Shown: one piece after another, positions 8,373-23,115 of the stretch | How the letters are laid out: every line of letters begins with the position of its first letter | Position numbering within the stretch: position 1 is the stretch's first letter | Assembly: GCA_050298595.1 (NCBI GenBank) | Contig: JBNKUM010000089.1 | Coordinates: 13,299 to 77,298 of the forward strand | DNA: 64,000 nucleotides | Direction: 5' to 3' | Origin: Gammaproteobacteria bacterium | GTDB taxonomy: Bacteria > Pseudomonadota > Gammaproteobacteria > GCA-001735895 | Translations under genes and position numbers: made by a program | The notes under the pieces: generated by a model | The model's database searches: none | What the model saw: the letters and a program-made list of their open reading frames with translations, nothing else | What the model was told of the DNA's origin: nothing

Positions 8373-10196
8373 TTATTCCACTGTCACAGATTTTGCTAAA
8401 TTCCTGGGCTGGTCAACATCCGTACCACGCTGAACAGCCACGTGATAACTCAGTAACTGTAATGGAATAGTCGACAGGATTGGCGTAGTCCATTTACTGC
8501 TACCATCTATTTCTACAACAATATCATCCTCATCATGCTCTTCATGACTGGCACCCTGGTGGGCAAAAACATATAACTTGCCGCCCCTGGCTTTTACTTC
8601 CTGCATATTGGAATGTAACTTTTCCAAAAGCTGATCGTTTGGTGCAACCACGATTATAGGCATATCCGCATCGACTAGTGCTAATGGGCCATGCTTCAAT
8701 TCACCTGCGGGATACGCTTCAGCGTGGATATATGAAATCTCTTTAAGTTTAAGCGCACCTTCCATCGCTATGGGATAATGCATACCGCGCCCCAGGAAAA
8801 GCGCATCATTCTTATCAATAAAGTCTTCTGAAATAGTTTCTATACGCTTATCCAGAGCCATTAATTTTTCTATTGAGCCTGGTAACTCATTAAGCTCTTC
8901 TACTATCTCTATAATCAGGGAAGGATCCAGTCCTTTTTCCTTACCCAGAGTAAGCACCAGTAACATTAATGCAACGAGCTGTGTTGTGAACGCCTTGGTT
9001 GATGCAACACCTATCTCTGGTCCGGCTCGAGTCATTAACACAAGGTCTGACTCTCTTACCAGTGAGCTTTCAGGTACGTTACATATGCTTAAAGTGCCAC
9101 AGTAATTTTTCCCAACTGTATCACGTAAAGCTGCAAGTGTATCAGCAGTTTCTCCTGACTGCGAAAGAGTTACAAACAGGGTATTTTCAGGAACAACAAC
9201 TTTGCGATATCTGAATTCACTTGCCACTTCAACCTGACAGGGTATATTCAATAATTCTTCTATCCAGTACTTCGCCACATAGCCCGCATGATAACTGGTA
9301 CCACAGGCTATAATTTGAATATTTTTAGTTGCTGTAAATATATCTTCTGAGCCCGGCCCAAATATTCCTCCAAGTACATCGCTACGAGTTATTCTTCCTT
9401 CCAGACAATCGCTAATCGCCTTAGACTGCTCATAGATTTCTTTCAACATATAATGTCGAAACATTCCTTTTAGAACTGCATCACTGCGTAATTCTGATAC
9501 ATTAATTTCAAGTTCTTTTGCTGTTCCCTCACTATTTAAAATTTGATAATTTTTTCCCTCAAGTACTGCAAAATCACCCTCTTCAAGATAAACAAAACGT
9601 GAAGTTACCGGCAATAATGCTGATACATCAGAAGCCACAAAATTTTCTTCAAAGCCCACACCTAATACCAGAGGACTACCTTTTCTGCAGGCTATTATTT
9701 TATCAGGTTGATCTTTAGCAATGATAGCCAGAGCGTATGCTCCTACCAGCTCTGCTGTAGCCTGAAACACAGCTTTATAAAGATCATCTTCATAATAGCT
9801 ATCAATTAGATGTGCAACGACTTCTGTATCAGTTTCTGATGTGAATTGATATCCCTTAGCAATAAGACTATCTCTTAATTCCTTGTAATTTTCGATGATG
9901 CCATTATGCACTACAGCTATTCGATCATTTGAAAAATGCGGGTGTGCATTTTCTTCTGACGGCTCACCATGTGTTGCCCAGCGAGTATGTGCAATACCAA
10001 TCTTTCCAGCCTGTCCTGCTGGAATCATTTCAGCTAATAGCTGTACTTTACCCAGTGACCTGAAACGTACAAGTCCTTCTGAATTTATTAAAGCTAAACC
10101 TGCAGAGTCATAACCACGATATTCAAGTCTTCTTAATCCTTCAATCAGGATAGAACTCACATCTCTTTGCGCTAATGCACCAACTATTCCACACAT
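8373..10196 (-). CDS. glmS: Glutamine-fructose-6-phosphate aminotransferase
   Basis: MCGIVG N-terminus, HTRWATHG, C-terminal PRNLAKSVTVE. Confidence 0.99.
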   Translation of the reverse strand: MCGIVGALAQRDVSSILIEGLRRLEYRGYDSAGLALINSEGLVRFRSLGKVQLLAEMIPAGQAGKIGIAHTRWATHGEPSEENAHPHFSNDRIAVVHNGIIENYKELRDSLIAKGYQFTSETDTEVVAHLIDSYYEDDLYKAVFQATAELVGAYALAIIAKDQPDKIIACRKGSPLVLGVGFEENFVASDVSALLPVTSRFVYLEEGDFAVLEGKNYQILNSEGTAKELEINVSELRSDAVLKGMFRHYMLKEIYEQSKAISDCLEGRITRSDVLGGIFGPGSEDIFTATKNIQIIACGTSYHAGYVAKYWIEELLNIPCQVEVASEFRYRKVVVPENTLFVTLSQSGETADTLAALRDTVGKNYCGTLSICNVPESSLVRESDLVLMTRAGPEIGVASTKAFTTQLVALMLLVLTLGKEKGLDPSLIIEIVEELNELPGSIEKLMALDKRIETISEDFIDKNDALFLGRGMHYPIAMEGALKLKEISYIHAEAYPAGELKHGPLALVDADMPIIVVAPNDQLLEKLHSNMQEVKARGGKLYVFAHQGASHEEHDEDDIVVEIDGSSKWTTPILSTIPLQLLSYHVAVQRGTDVDQPRNLAKSVTVE

Positions 10197-10206
10197 TGTA
10201 TTATCT

Positions 10207-11577
10207 CTACACTTTATTTTTCCTGGGTCGAACCCAGTTCTGTAAACTGATTTGTTTAGCCCTGGACAAGGTTAACTGATCTTCCGGAGTATCTTTGGTA
10301 ATAGTTGATCCTGCCCCAATAGTAGATCCTTTAGATACACGAACTGGGGCTATAAACTGAGTGTCAGAACCCACAAAAACATCATCTTCGATTATTGTTT
10401 TGTGCTTATAAGCACCATCATAGTTACAGGTGATGGTACCTGCACCGATATTGACGTTTTCACCCATCTCAGTATCACCAATATACGTAAGATGATTGAC
10501 TTTGCTACCTTTTCCAATTAGTGACTTTTTCACTTCAACAAAATTTCCAATTTTGGCATTTTGCATAGTATGTGTTTCTGGTCTTATTCTCGCAAAAGGG
10601 CCAATAATATTGTTCTCACCAATAATTGAATCCTCAATAATACTCATCGATAAGATCTCACTACCAGCACCAATACTACAATTCTTTAAGATACAGTTCG
10701 CTCCTATAGTAACACCATCAGCTAAATTAACATTTCCTTCGAGGATACAGTTTATATCTATTATTACATCCTTACCGGTGATAACACTCCCTCGGATATC
10801 TAAACGAGCTGGATCTACAAGCTTTACACCATTTTGCATTAGTTCTTCTGCTTTTTGATTTCTAAAAATTGCCTCTATCTCAGAAAGTTGCAGTTGATTG
10901 TTAACCCCTAAAACCTCATTCTCGTTTTTACATGTAACCGCACTAACGGTATGATTATTAGCTACTGCATGCTTCACTACATCAGTCAGATAATATTCCT
11001 GCTGTGCATTGTTATTATCAATTTCAGCTAATAAATCCCTGTACTCAGAACCCTTTATATACACGATACCAGAGTTAGACTCTCGTATTTTTAGAATATC
11101 TTCAGAAGCATCTTTTTGCTCTATTATAGCGATGACCGAACCATTTTTGTCTCGCACAATACGTCCATAACCTGTTGGGTCATCCGCGATAAAGCTAAGT
11201 AGTGAAACCACCTGATTTTCACTACTTTCTGAAATCAAAGTTTGTAATGTTTCTATTGAGATTAATGGAACATCGCCGTAGAGAACAAGGATATCGTTAC
11301 CAGGATGAACACTATCATTACATTGCATAACTGCATGTCCTGTCCCTAATTGATCAGTCTGTTCAACCCAGATGATATTCTGTCCTTGAAGTGTAGAGAT
11401 CACCTGCTCTGACTCATGCCCTACCACCACTATGATCTGATCTGGATTCAATTGACGGCTGGTATCAACCACATGCTGAAGCATGGCTTTGCCAGCCAAT
11501 TGATGGATGACTTTAGGTTTAATGGAGTTCATTCTGGTGCCCTTTCCGGCGGCCAGTATGATTATGCTAAGGGGCAT
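10207..11577 (-). CDS. glmU: Bifunctional UDP-GlcNAc pyrophosphorylase/acetyltransferase
   Basis: ILAAGKGTRM, hexapeptide repeats, NIGAGTITCNYDG; start taken at ATG 11577. Confidence 0.98.
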   Translation of the reverse strand: MPLSIIILAAGKGTRMNSIKPKVIHQLAGKAMLQHVVDTSRQLNPDQIIVVVGHESEQVISTLQGQNIIWVEQTDQLGTGHAVMQCNDSVHPGNDILVLYGDVPLISIETLQTLISESSENQVVSLLSFIADDPTGYGRIVRDKNGSVIAIIEQKDASEDILKIRESNSGIVYIKGSEYRDLLAEIDNNNAQQEYYLTDVVKHAVANNHTVSAVTCKNENEVLGVNNQLQLSEIEAIFRNQKAEELMQNGVKLVDPARLDIRGSVITGKDVIIDINCILEGNVNLADGVTIGANCILKNCSIGAGSEILSMSIIEDSIIGENNIIGPFARIRPETHTMQNAKIGNFVEVKKSLIGKGSKVNHLTYIGDTEMGENVNIGAGTITCNYDGAYKHKTIIEDDVFVGSDTQFIAPVRVSKGSTIGAGSTITKDTPEDQLTLSRAKQISLQNWVRPRKNKV

Positions 11578-11635
11578 ACAAGATTTTCCTTTCAACAAAT
11601 AAATAAATTGTGTTGATTTTAGTCCATTATCTTAC

Positions 11636-11660
11636 AAAAAAGGAGGCTAATGCCTCCTTT
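11636..11660 (-). terminator. Rho-independent terminator of the atp operon
   Basis: Minus strand aaggaggc-atta-gcctcctt followed by a T-run. Confidence 0.8.
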
Positions 11661-11686
11661 AAAAATTTCAATCTGTAAAACGAGTA

Positions 11687-12106
11687 TTAACGCTTTATCC
11701 TTAGTTTCTTAATCGCAGCGATCTGAGCTGCAGCTGCTGCAATCTCAGCTCGGGCTTTAGCCACATCAAGATCTGATTTCTGATCTACCAGCGCTGCTTC
11801 AGCACGTTTCTTAGCCTCAAGAGCGGCCGCTTCATCTAAATCATCAGCACGGATGGCTGTGTCGGATAAAACAGTAACAACATGTGGCTGGACTTCCAGT
11901 ATACCACCGGAAATAAAGAAGAACTCTTCCTTACCACCGCCAAGATCCAGACGAACCTCACCAGGCTTAAGAGGAGATATCAACGGCGTATGGCGTGGTG
12001 CGATACCCACTTCACCCATTACCGCTGGTGCATATACCATTTCCGCAGGACCGGAAAAGATTTGCTCCTCAGCACTGACGATATCGACATGTATGGTCAT
12101 TGACAT
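11687..12106 (-). CDS. atpC: ATP synthase epsilon subunit
   Basis: HVDIVSAE...[12 protein letters not shown]; operon position. Confidence 0.98.
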   Translation of the reverse strand: MSMTIHVDIVSAEEQIFSGPAEMVYAPAVMGEVGIAPRHTPLISPLKPGEVRLDLGGGKEEFFFISGGILEVQPHVVTVLSDTAIRADDLDEAAALEAKKRAEAALVDQKSDLDVAKARAEIAAAAAQIAAIKKLRIKR

Positions 12107-12118
12107 AGTATTTAACCC

Positions 12119-13510
<1,392 letters not shown>

Positions 13511-13536
13511 TTACAAATAAATATGTTCAAAATAGT

Positions 13537-14397
13537 TTAAACGGCAGCTGCGCCGCCCACAATTTCACTGATTTCCTGCGTTATAGCAGCCTGACGTTCC
13601 TTGTTATAAACCAGTTGTAATTCTTTAATCAGGTCACCGGCATTATCGGTAGCGCTCTTCATAGCGATCATGCGCGAAGCCATTTCACAGGCAACATTTT
13701 CAACAACAGCCTTGTAAACCAGTGATTCAATGTAACGATCAAGCAGATTATCCAGAACTTCTTTGGAATCTGGCTCGTAGATATAATCCCAGTGGTGTTT
13801 CAGCTCATCGTCCTTTGAAGCTTCTACAGGAACTAACTGAGTCAACTCTGGTTGCTGGGTCATGGTGTTAACGAACTGATTGCTGACCAGATAAATTGCA
13901 TCAATCTCACCACTTTCGTAGTTTTGTAATAATGCCTGTACCGGACCGATAATCTCGGTAATTTCAGGACTATCACCCAGGTGACTCACCTCTGCGATAA
14001 TCTCAGCACCCAGACGCTTGAAAAAACTCAACCCTTTACCACCGATGGTAACAGCCTGAAACTTAATACTATGCTTTTCCCAGGTTTCTAATTCATTTAA
14101 TGCACGTTTAAATAAATTAATATTTAAACCACCACATAAACCACGGTCAGTAGTAATTACGATCAGGCCAACCTTTCTGATAGGTCGATCAATCAGGAAT
14201 GGATGCTTATATTCAGGATGAGAGTTACCCAAATGTCCAACAACCTGTTTGATCTTTTCGGCATAAGGACGAGTGGCCAGCATGCGATCCTGCGCACGAC
14301 GCATCTTACTCGCTGCCACCATCTCCATGGCTTTTGTGATCTTAGCAGTGTTTTGAACACTCTTGATCTTGGTTCTTATCTCTTTAGCACCAGCCAT
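13537..14397 (-). CDS. atpG: ATP synthase gamma subunit
   Basis: [34 protein letters not shown]. Confidence 0.99.
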   Translation of the reverse strand: MAGAKEIRTKIKSVQNTAKITKAMEMVAASKMRRAQDRMLATRPYAEKIKQVVGHLGNSHPEYKHPFLIDRPIRKVGLIVITTDRGLCGGLNINLFKRALNELETWEKHSIKFQAVTIGGKGLSFFKRLGAEIIAEVSHLGDSPEITEIIGPVQALLQNYESGEIDAIYLVSNQFVNTMTQQPELTQLVPVEASKDDELKHHWDYIYEPDSKEVLDNLLDRYIESLVYKAVVENVACEMASRMIAMKSATDNAGDLIKELQLVYNKERQAAITQEISEIVGGAAAV

Positions 14398-14417
14398 AAC
14401 TGAATCTCAAGTTAGCC

Positions 14418-15959
14418 CTAGTAAACGCCGTTCGCTTTAAAATCTTCAATAGCAGCAGTAATACCTTTGACGATATCGTCACTGTAATCACCGGACTCAT
14501 TGATGGTATCCAGTAAGTCAGCATTATTTGATTTAACATGAGCATGTAGCGCAGCTTCAAAAGCAACAATCTTGGTTACATCCACATCATCAAGGTAGCC
14601 TTCATTAGCAGCGTATAGTGAAACTGCCATTTCAGCTACTGATAAAGGAGCATACTGCTTTTGCTTCATCAATTCTGTTACACGCTGACCACGCTCAAGC
14701 TGCCTACGAGTAGCTTCATCCAGATCAGAAGCAAACTGCGAGAACGCTGCCAGTTCGCGATACTGAGCCAGTGCAAGACGAACACCGCCGCCCAGCTTTT
14801 TGATAATCTTGGTTTGTGCAGCACCACCAACACGAGATACTGATAGACCTGCGTTTATCGCAGGACGTATACCCGCGTTAAACAGATCAGATTCGAGGAA
14901 GATCTGGCCATCGGTAATTGATATAACATTGGTCGGTACGAAAGCTGATACGTCACCACCCTGGGTTTCAATGATTGGTAATGCGGTTAAGGAACCTGTT
15001 TTACCTTTCACTTCGCCATTAGTGTACTTTTCAACATAGTTTTCATTAACACGTGCAGCACGTTCCAGCAGGCGTGAATGAAGATAGAATACGTCACCAG
15101 GATAAGCTTCACGACCTGGAGGACGACGTAACAACAGGGAAACCTGACGATAGGCCCATGCCTGTTTTGTCAAATCATCGTATACGATTAACGCATCTTC
15201 ACCGCGATCACGGAAGTATTCGCCCATTGTACAACCTGAGTAAGGTGCAATGTACTGCAATGCTGCAGAGTCAGAAGCTGATGCCGCAACGATGATAGTA
15301 TGAGCTAAAGCGTCATGTTCTTCGAGTTTACGCACTACGTTAGCGATAGTAGACGCCTTCTGCCCAATCGCGACATAGATACATTTAACGCCAGTGCCTT
15401 TCTGATTGATGATGGCATCGATTGCAACCGCTGACTTACCAGTCTGGCGATCACCGATGATCAATTCACGCTGACCACGACCAACAGGAACCATCGCATC
15501 GATCGCTTTCAGTCCACTTTGTACTGGTTGATCAACAGATTTTCTTTCGATAACACCAGGAGCAACCTTTTCGATGGGCTCAAATTGTTTGCTTGTGATC
15601 GGTCCTTTACCATCGATTGCCTGACCCAGTGAGTTAACTACACGACCTAGTAGCTCTTCACCTACAGGAACCTCAAGAATACGGCCGGTACATTTGGCAG
15701 TGTCGCCTTCGGTAAGGTGCTTATAAGGCCCCAGAACAACCGCACCTACAGAATCTCTTTCCAGATTCAGTGCCATTGCATAGGTGTCACCAGGTAGTTC
15801 GATCATTTCACCGGACATAACATCCGCCAGACCATGTATACGACAGATACCGTCTGTCAGACTGACTACAGTACCTTCAGTCCTGGCTTCAGCGGCACTC
15901 TCAAAATTTTTAATGCGATCCTTAATTAGCTCGCTAATTTCTGACGGATTAAGTTGCAT
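14418..15959 (-). CDS. atpA: ATP synthase alpha subunit
   Basis: [29 protein letters not shown]. Confidence 0.99.
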   Translation of the reverse strand: MQLNPSEISELIKDRIKNFESAAEARTEGTVVSLTDGICRIHGLADVMSGEMIELPGDTYAMALNLERDSVGAVVLGPYKHLTEGDTAKCTGRILEVPVGEELLGRVVNSLGQAIDGKGPITSKQFEPIEKVAPGVIERKSVDQPVQSGLKAIDAMVPVGRGQRELIIGDRQTGKSAVAIDAIINQKGTGVKCIYVAIGQKASTIANVVRKLEEHDALAHTIIVAASASDSAALQYIAPYSGCTMGEYFRDRGEDALIVYDDLTKQAWAYRQVSLLLRRPPGREAYPGDVFYLHSRLLERAARVNENYVEKYTNGEVKGKTGSLTALPIIETQGGDVSAFVPTNVISITDGQIFLESDLFNAGIRPAINAGLSVSRVGGAAQTKIIKKLGGGVRLALAQYRELAAFSQFASDLDEATRRQLERGQRVTELMKQKQYAPLSVAEMAVSLYAANEGYLDDVDVTKIVAFEAALHAHVKSNNADLLDTINESGDYSDDIVKGITAAIEDFKANGVY

Positions 15960-15989
15960 AGCGTTATCCCGTAATAAATAAATTCAGTG

Positions 15990-16541
15990 TTATTTGTTTA
16001 ACTGTGAGGTCAATTTGTTCAACTGCCCACGTGAGGACCCGTCTATAACCAGGTCACCTGCATGAATGATCGCACCAGCGATTAAAGACTCATCGACCTC
16101 GGAAGTAATCGTTACTTCCTTGCCCAGTCTTTGCTTCATTTTCTTAACGATTTCTTTTTCCTGCTTGGCAGTCAGCTTTCTGGCAGAAGTTACAAATACT
16201 TCTATGCTACCTTCGGCTTCCTGCTTAAAAGCTTCATAACCTTTAGCGATTTCAGGTAGCGCCATCAAGCGATCATTTTCAGCGAGCAGGGAGATCAGGT
16301 TCTTCACATGCTCATTCACCTCAGGGCCTTCTTTGACCGCAGACATAATCGAAACAAACATGTCTGCGACTTCTGAACTCAGAATTGATGGCGTAGCGAC
16401 TAGAGCCTGCAGATCTGCATCTTTTGCCAGTGACGCTGCCAACTGCAGAACATCAGACCAGAACTGTAGATTCTTTTGCTCTGTTGCCAGCTCAAAGATT
16501 GCTCTGGAGTAAGGCCGTGAGACAGTTTCAAAATCAGACAT
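15990..16541 (-). CDS. atpH: ATP synthase delta subunit
   Basis: RPYSRAIF, GDLVIDGS; operon position. Confidence 0.97.
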   Translation of the reverse strand: MSDFETVSRPYSRAIFELATEQKNLQFWSDVLQLAASLAKDADLQALVATPSILSSEVADMFVSIMSAVKEGPEVNEHVKNLISLLAENDRLMALPEIAKGYEAFKQEAEGSIEVFVTSARKLTAKQEKEIVKKMKQRLGKEVTITSEVDESLIAGAIIHAGDLVIDGSSRGQLNKLTSQLNK

Positions 16542-16553
16542 ACTGTTAATTTC

Positions 16554-17024
16554 CTAGATCTGAGCCATCATGTCGTCAAGCACTTCGCCATGAGCTTCGG
16601 CGTTAACTTCGCGCTTGAGGATTCTCTCGGCACCAGACAATGCGATAGAAGAAACCTCTTTACGCAGTTGCTCACGTGCTGAGTTAATCTGCTGATCAAT
16701 ATCTGCTGTAGCAGCATTCTTGATCTTTTCAGCTTCTTCACGTGCTATACCTTTGGCTTCATCGACCATTTCATTGGCGCGCTTTTGCGCCTGATTAATG
16801 ATTTCCTGCGCCTGGATCTTAGCTTCTTTCAGGTTATCACTAACTTTTGACTGTGCCAGTTCGAGATCTTTCTGACCTCTTTCAGCGGCAGCCAGACCGT
16901 CAGCAATTTTAGCTTTGCGCTCTTCCAGTGCAGCCATTAATGGCGGCCAGACATATTTCATGCAGAACCAGACAAACACTATAAACGTGATCGATTGTCC
17001 AATCAGGGTTGCATTGAAATTCAT
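16554..17024 (-). CDS. atpF: ATP synthase b subunit
   Basis: [28 protein letters not shown]. Confidence 0.98.
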   Translation of the reverse strand: MNFNATLIGQSITFIVFVWFCMKYVWPPLMAALEERKAKIADGLAAAERGQKDLELAQSKVSDNLKEAKIQAQEIINQAQKRANEMVDEAKGIAREEAEKIKNAATADIDQQINSAREQLRKEVSSIALSGAERILKREVNAEAHGEVLDDMMAQI

Positions 17025-17069
17025 ATCGCTGTCCTCAAATTGAGATTAAACAAGGTGTGTGCTTGAGCA

Positions 17070-17315
<246 letters not shown>

Positions 17316-17346
17316 CTAATAGATCAAAAACAGATTAAATTAAAAA

Positions 17347-18195
<849 letters not shown>

Positions 18196-18579
18196 CTAAT
18201 TACCTTTCTGAATTAATGGTACAAACATGCCCGACATCTGCATAAGCAAATATCCGACGAATAAAATTACCGGATCCCATTGATAAGTAGAAGTAAATGC
18301 TAGCGTAAAAATTATGCCCGTCATTAACCACTTAGCAATATCAGATCGATATGCATACCCGAGCCACTGTTCTGCGTTATTGTTATCAACCTGGCGTAGC
18401 ATCTTAAATGCGAAATATGTACCTGGTATTAAACTTGCGAGACAACCAGTGAATGCTGAGAATACATCACCCAGATTAAATAGCCACACTACAGCCATAT
18501 AGACCAGCATAACCACTGACTGAGAAACCAGCAAAACTTGAATATGCGTCTTCATTTCTAGCCTTTCGACTGACGACAA
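18196..18579 (-). CDS. atpI: ATP synthase protein I
   Basis: Hydrophobic ~127 aa ORF, first in the atp operon; start uncertain (18579 or 18555). Confidence 0.8.
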   Translation of the reverse strand: MSSVERLEMKTHIQVLLVSQSVVMLVYMAVVWLFNLGDVFSAFTGCLASLIPGTYFAFKMLRQVDNNNAEQWLGYAYRSDIAKWLMTGIIFTLAFTSTYQWDPVILFVGYLLMQMSGMFVPLIQKGN

Positions 18580-18712
18580 GGTAGCCCACCCCCGCCAATG
18601 CGCTGCGAAGTATAAGGAGTTGTCAATGAAGAATCAATCGCTCAATCAAAAAATTTATATATCAATTAATTAATAGTTAAGATATGCCGCCCATTAACTC
18701 GTCAACCTAAAA

Positions 18713-19579
18713 TTAATCCTCTAAATGGTGCAAAATTCCTTCTAGCTCATCATTATTGTGGAAATGAATCACCAGACGACCCGCTCCTTTGCTATCGGTA
18801 TTAATTTTAACCTTGGCACACAAACTCTCACTGATTTTCTGCTCCAGGCGCTGAATATCAGGATCAATGCTGTCTGATTTAGTTGTTTTCGCAGCCGGGG
18901 ATAAGATCTTCTTAATCATATTCTCGGTTTCACGAACCGATAGTGCCCGGTTCACCACTACTCGAGCAATGTCAGCCTGCTCGTTCTGAGGCAGGGATAA
19001 CAAAGCCCGCGCGTGCCCCATACTGAGTAATGACTTATTCACCAGATCCTTAACGGAGTCAGCAAGCTCAAGCAGGCGCAACAGGTTGCTTACCGCAACC
19101 CGAGAACGCCCTACCGCTTCGGCGACCTGCATATGGGTTAATTCAAAGTCATTTATCAAGCGTTGGAATGCCGCAGCCTCTTCAAGCGGATTAAGATCTT
19201 CACGCTGAATATTTTCAATCAGAGAAATCGCAGCGGCCGATTGCGTATCCAGATCTCTGATAACCGCAGGGACCACCTGTAAACCCGCCAGTTGGGCTGC
19301 ACGCCAGCGTCGCTCACCCGCAATAAGTTCGTAATGCGAACCTTCTCTACGCACCACTATAGGCTGGACTATGCCCTGTGCTGCAATCGAATTCGCCAGC
19401 TCCTGTAGCGCTTCTTCGTCAAAATACTTACGCGGCTGATATTCACCGCGCTGGATTTTATCTACTGGCAGCTCGGTAAGACCTGTCTCCATCTCAGCAG
19501 CGCTAACCTGAGTCACTTCCTCGACATTGCCGATTAAGGAACCTAATCCACGACCTAATCTTTTCTTCATTGCAGCCAC
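18713..19579 (-). CDS. parB: Chromosome partitioning protein ParB
   Basis: LGRGLGSL, QPRK, AGERRWRA, ENIQREDLNPLEEA. Confidence 0.97.
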   Translation of the reverse strand: MAAMKKRLGRGLGSLIGNVEEVTQVSAAEMETGLTELPVDKIQRGEYQPRKYFDEEALQELANSIAAQGIVQPIVVRREGSHYELIAGERRWRAAQLAGLQVVPAVIRDLDTQSAAAISLIENIQREDLNPLEEAAAFQRLINDFELTHMQVAEAVGRSRVAVSNLLRLLELADSVKDLVNKSLLSMGHARALLSLPQNEQADIARVVVNRALSVRETENMIKKILSPAAKTTKSDSIDPDIQRLEQKISESLCAKVKINTDSKGAGRLVIHFHNNDELEGILHHLED

Positions 19580-19595
19580 ATTTATCCAGTTCTAC

Positions 19596-20387
19596 TTAAT
19601 TTACGTAATGATCTTGCTTGGCATCTCTGCGCAGCACTTCTCCGGCAAGTGCCAGATAAGCCATAGAACCACGAGAGTGCTTATCGTACTGCAGGATTGG
19701 CAGCCCAAAACTTGGGGCTTCTGCGAGTCTTACATTACGCGGGATCACCGTTCTGTACACCTGATCCCCAAAATGCTCGATCAACTCACTGGATACATCA
19801 TTAGATAGATTATTTCGAGGGTCATACATGGTACGCAACAGGCCCTCCAGCTTGATTTGCGGATTCACACTGATGCGAATTTGCTCAATGGTATCCAGCA
19901 ATGAACTCAAACCTTCCAGCGCATAGTATTCACATTGCATGGGTATCACCACACCATTGGCTGCAACCAGAGCGTTTACGGTAAGCATATTCAATGAGGG
20001 CGGACAATCGATCAGAATATAATCATATTCCCCACGCACCTTCTCAAGGGCTAGATCAAGCTGTCGCTCACGACCGATTTTGTTCATCAACTGTACTTCG
20101 GCAGCAGTAAGATCCGCATTGGCAGGCAGCAGGTCGTAACCAGACTCAGGGGTCTTTACCACAGTTTCCTGTATCGTTTTCTCGCCAAGCAACACATCAC
20201 AGACCGTACTTTTCAGGTCATTTTTATCGATCCCACTACCCATGGTGGCATTACCCTGTGGGTCCATATCGACTAGCAGCACCCTGCGTCGAGTAGCCGA
20301 CAATGAAGCGGCCAGATTGACACAGGTGGTAGTCTTACCTACTCCACCTTTCTGATTGGCTATGGTTATAGTTTTGGTTTTGGTCAT
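19596..20387 (-). CDS. parA: Chromosome partitioning ATPase ParA/Soj
   Basis: NQKGGVGKTT, DMDPQGNAT, DCPPSL. Confidence 0.97.
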   Translation of the reverse strand: MTKTKTITIANQKGGVGKTTTCVNLAASLSATRRRVLLVDMDPQGNATMGSGIDKNDLKSTVCDVLLGEKTIQETVVKTPESGYDLLPANADLTAAEVQLMNKIGRERQLDLALEKVRGEYDYILIDCPPSLNMLTVNALVAANGVVIPMQCEYYALEGLSSLLDTIEQIRISVNPQIKLEGLLRTMYDPRNNLSNDVSSELIEHFGDQVYRTVIPRNVRLAEAPSFGLPILQYDKHSRGSMAYLALAGEVLRRDAKQDHYVN

Positions 20388-21013
20388 AATTCCTGTCGTT
20401 TAATTGTGACCAGGCTGCGGCTTTCGCTGATTCCCGGTACCTGTAGCGGCAATATTTCAAGGTCAAACTTTGTATCGTCTAACGCTCGTCGCTCTACTGC
20501 GGTCAATTCTGTTTTCATACTCATCAGCCGTGTACCCGACTGCCACAAATGGTCTACAGAATCGACAAAATCAGCGATAGCCGCATAAGCACGACTGACG
20601 ATGACATCAAAATGAGACTCGGCATGATAATCCTCAACTCGAGACTGCACAACTTTAACATTGGATAAACGACAGGATGCAATGACCTGCTGTATAAAAC
20701 GGGTTTTTTTTCCATTGCTATCGAGCAATACCCAATGAGTCTCTGGCAACAGGATCGCGAGCGGAATACCCGGCAGGCCGGCACCACTGCCTACATCCAG
20801 GCAGTGCGCCTTATCAGGAATCTGTTGCGCAATCGAGAGGCTATCCAATACATGGTAAGCCAGCATTTTTTGTTTACCATTGATTGCGGTCAGGTTATAC
20901 ACCTTATTCCACTTATCCAGCAGATCGATATAGTGCAACAGATTGTCTGCCTGTGATGCATCACAGCTCAGTCCGAGATCGGCCAATCCACATTCCAAAG
21001 CCTGATTACTCAT
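20384..21013 (-). CDS. rsmG: 16S rRNA m7G527 methyltransferase
   Basis: WNKVYNLTA, LDVGSGAGLPG, SRA motifs. Confidence 0.97.
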   Translation of the reverse strand: MSNQALECGLADLGLSCDASQADNLLHYIDLLDKWNKVYNLTAINGKQKMLAYHVLDSLSIAQQIPDKAHCLDVGSGAGLPGIPLAILLPETHWVLLDSNGKKTRFIQQVIASCRLSNVKVVQSRVEDYHAESHFDVIVSRAYAAIADFVDSVDHLWQSGTRLMSMKTELTAVERRALDDTKFDLEILPLQVPGISESRSLVTIKRQEL

Positions 21014-22902
21014 CAGGCGCTTTTCTGCACCGAAGCAGGGAATCGTTTTAAATGTACCAGTAATAAAGAAATAGCCGCGGGAGTCACACCTGAAATCCTT
21101 CCCGCCTGCCCTATGGTAGCAGGACGTGCCTCCTGTAACTTCTGGCGCACCTCATTCGACAATCCCTTAACCAGAGCATAATCCAGTTCCATCGGCAATT
21201 CTGTAGATTCGTGCTTAACAGCCTTATTGATTTCATCCTGCTGACGCGACAGATATCCGGCGTATTTGGCATTGATCTCAGCCTGCTCAAGCACACGCTC
21301 AGAAAATAACTTTTCTGGCCTGATATGCTGAGCCACATCTCCGATCAAAATCTCAGGACGCCTTAACATTTCGGACAGGCGATACTCATGTGTAATAGGC
21401 TTGGGCAACAGTTTATTCAACTCGGCCTCAGCTGCATCGCCAGGACGTACCCAGTTATCAGTCAGCGCTTGATTCAATTGCTCAAGCTGCTCACGATATT
21501 CATTAAAGGCCTGCCAACGCGCATCATCTACCAGCCCCAGATCTCGACCAATCTGTGTAAGGCGCAGATCGGCATTATCCTCGCGCAACATCAGACGGTA
21601 TTCGGCGCGACTGGTAAACATGCGATAGGGTTCGCTGGTACCGCGTGTAATCAGGTCATCGATAAGCACACCGATATAAGCCTCAGATCGTGACAGATTT
21701 AACGGATCTTTACCCAAAACCGACGCGGCTGCATTGGCTCCCGCCACCAGGCCCTGCGCAGCAGCCTCTTCATAGCCTGTCGTGCCATTGATCTGTCCGG
21801 CAAAATATAGGCCTTCAAAGAAACGTGTTTGCAGGTCGGGACGTAAATCGCGTGGATCGAAATAATCATATTCAATCGCATAGCCGGGACGCATGATATG
21901 GGCTTTTTCAAAGCCGGGAATACTATGGATCAAACGCTCCTGGATATCGTAGGGCAGACTGGTAGAGATTCCATTCGGGTAAACCTCGGTCAGTTTCAAC
22001 CCTTCAGGCTCAACAAAAATCTGGTGCGATGTTTTATCTGCAAAACGCACCACCTTATCTTCGATAGATGGGCAATATCTTGGCCCGGTACCTTCTATAA
22101 CGCCGGAAAATAAAGGGGAGCGATCCAGACCACTGCGAATAATGTCGTGAGTTTCCTCGGAGGTATAAGTGATGTGACAACTCACCTGACGCGGATGCAG
22201 ATCCACCGAACCCATGGTGGAAAATACAGGCAGAGGGTCATCGCCTGGCTGTTCATCCATTTTAGAATAATCCAGCGTGCGACTATCCAGTCGTGCTGGG
22301 GTACCGGTTTTCAGGCGATCGATACGAAACTCGCGTTCACGTAATCGAAGCGCGAGGCTAGTAGCCGGTGGATCACCCGCGCGACCACCACTGTAATTAG
22401 CCTGTCCGATATGAATCTTGCCCGCCAGAAAGGTGCCTACCGTTAGCACCACCCGTTCGGCATAAAAATCCAGCCCCATCTCGGTTCTAACGCCTTCGAT
22501 ACGACCGTTATTCTCGATCAAATCGGTTACCGGCTGCTGGAACAGCAATAGATTAGGCTGGTTTTCCAGCGTTTCTCGGATCGCCTCGCGATAAAGCTGA
22601 CGGTCGGCCTGAGCACGCGTGGCGCGCACTGCTGGACCTTTGCGTCGATTCAATATACGAAACTGAATCCCTGAACGGTCGGCTGCCAGTGCCATCGCAC
22701 CACCCAGTGCATCAACCTCTTTTACCAGATGCCCTTTTCCAATGCCGCCAATCGCGGGGTTGCAGCTCATCTGACCTAGCGTTTCCATATTATGTGTCAG
22801 CAGCAGGGTTTTCACACCCATACGCGCAGCAGCCAGCGCCGCTTCGGTACCAGCGTGCCCACCACCCACAACAATGACATCAAATCGACGGGAATATTTC
22901 AT
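21013..22902 (-). CDS. mnmG: tRNA uridine-5-carboxymethylaminomethyl modification enzyme
   Basis: [32 protein letters not shown]; start taken at ATG 22902. Confidence 0.98.
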   Translation of the reverse strand: MKYSRRFDVIVVGGGHAGTEAALAAARMGVKTLLLTHNMETLGQMSCNPAIGGIGKGHLVKEVDALGGAMALAADRSGIQFRILNRRKGPAVRATRAQADRQLYREAIRETLENQPNLLLFQQPVTDLIENNGRIEGVRTEMGLDFYAERVVLTVGTFLAGKIHIGQANYSGGRAGDPPATSLALRLREREFRIDRLKTGTPARLDSRTLDYSKMDEQPGDDPLPVFSTMGSVDLHPRQVSCHITYTSEETHDIIRSGLDRSPLFSGVIEGTGPRYCPSIEDKVVRFADKTSHQIFVEPEGLKLTEVYPNGISTSLPYDIQERLIHSIPGFEKAHIMRPGYAIEYDYFDPRDLRPDLQTRFFEGLYFAGQINGTTGYEEAAAQGLVAGANAAASVLGKDPLNLSRSEAYIGVLIDDLITRGTSEPYRMFTSRAEYRLMLREDNADLRLTQIGRDLGLVDDARWQAFNEYREQLEQLNQALTDNWVRPGDAAEAELNKLLPKPITHEYRLSEMLRRPEILIGDVAQHIRPEKLFSERVLEQAEINAKYAGYLSRQQDEINKAVKHESTELPMELDYALVKGLSNEVRQKLQEARPATIGQAGRISGVTPAAISLLLVHLKRFPASVQKSA

Positions 22903-23115
22903 CCGCATAAGCCTGTAGAAAAATTTAACTGAGTATTTTAGTCGGTTTTTACCCGCGATTTCCAGTGATCGATTCAAGCTGTATCGATTACTTCACAATT
23001 GACCTCTGGCAATTAATGCTTAATTAACCTGATAACCCTATGGTTACTATTTTTTTTTGCCTTTAGTATTCCTCAAAAATTCAATAAACATAATATATTG
23101 CAGAGGGTAATCATC

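Noticed and set aside
22903-23115. oriC upstream of mnmG
   Set aside because: Only about 210 bp, with no clear TTATCCACA DnaA-box cluster; a small TAACC-N4-GGTTA palindrome alone is insufficient.
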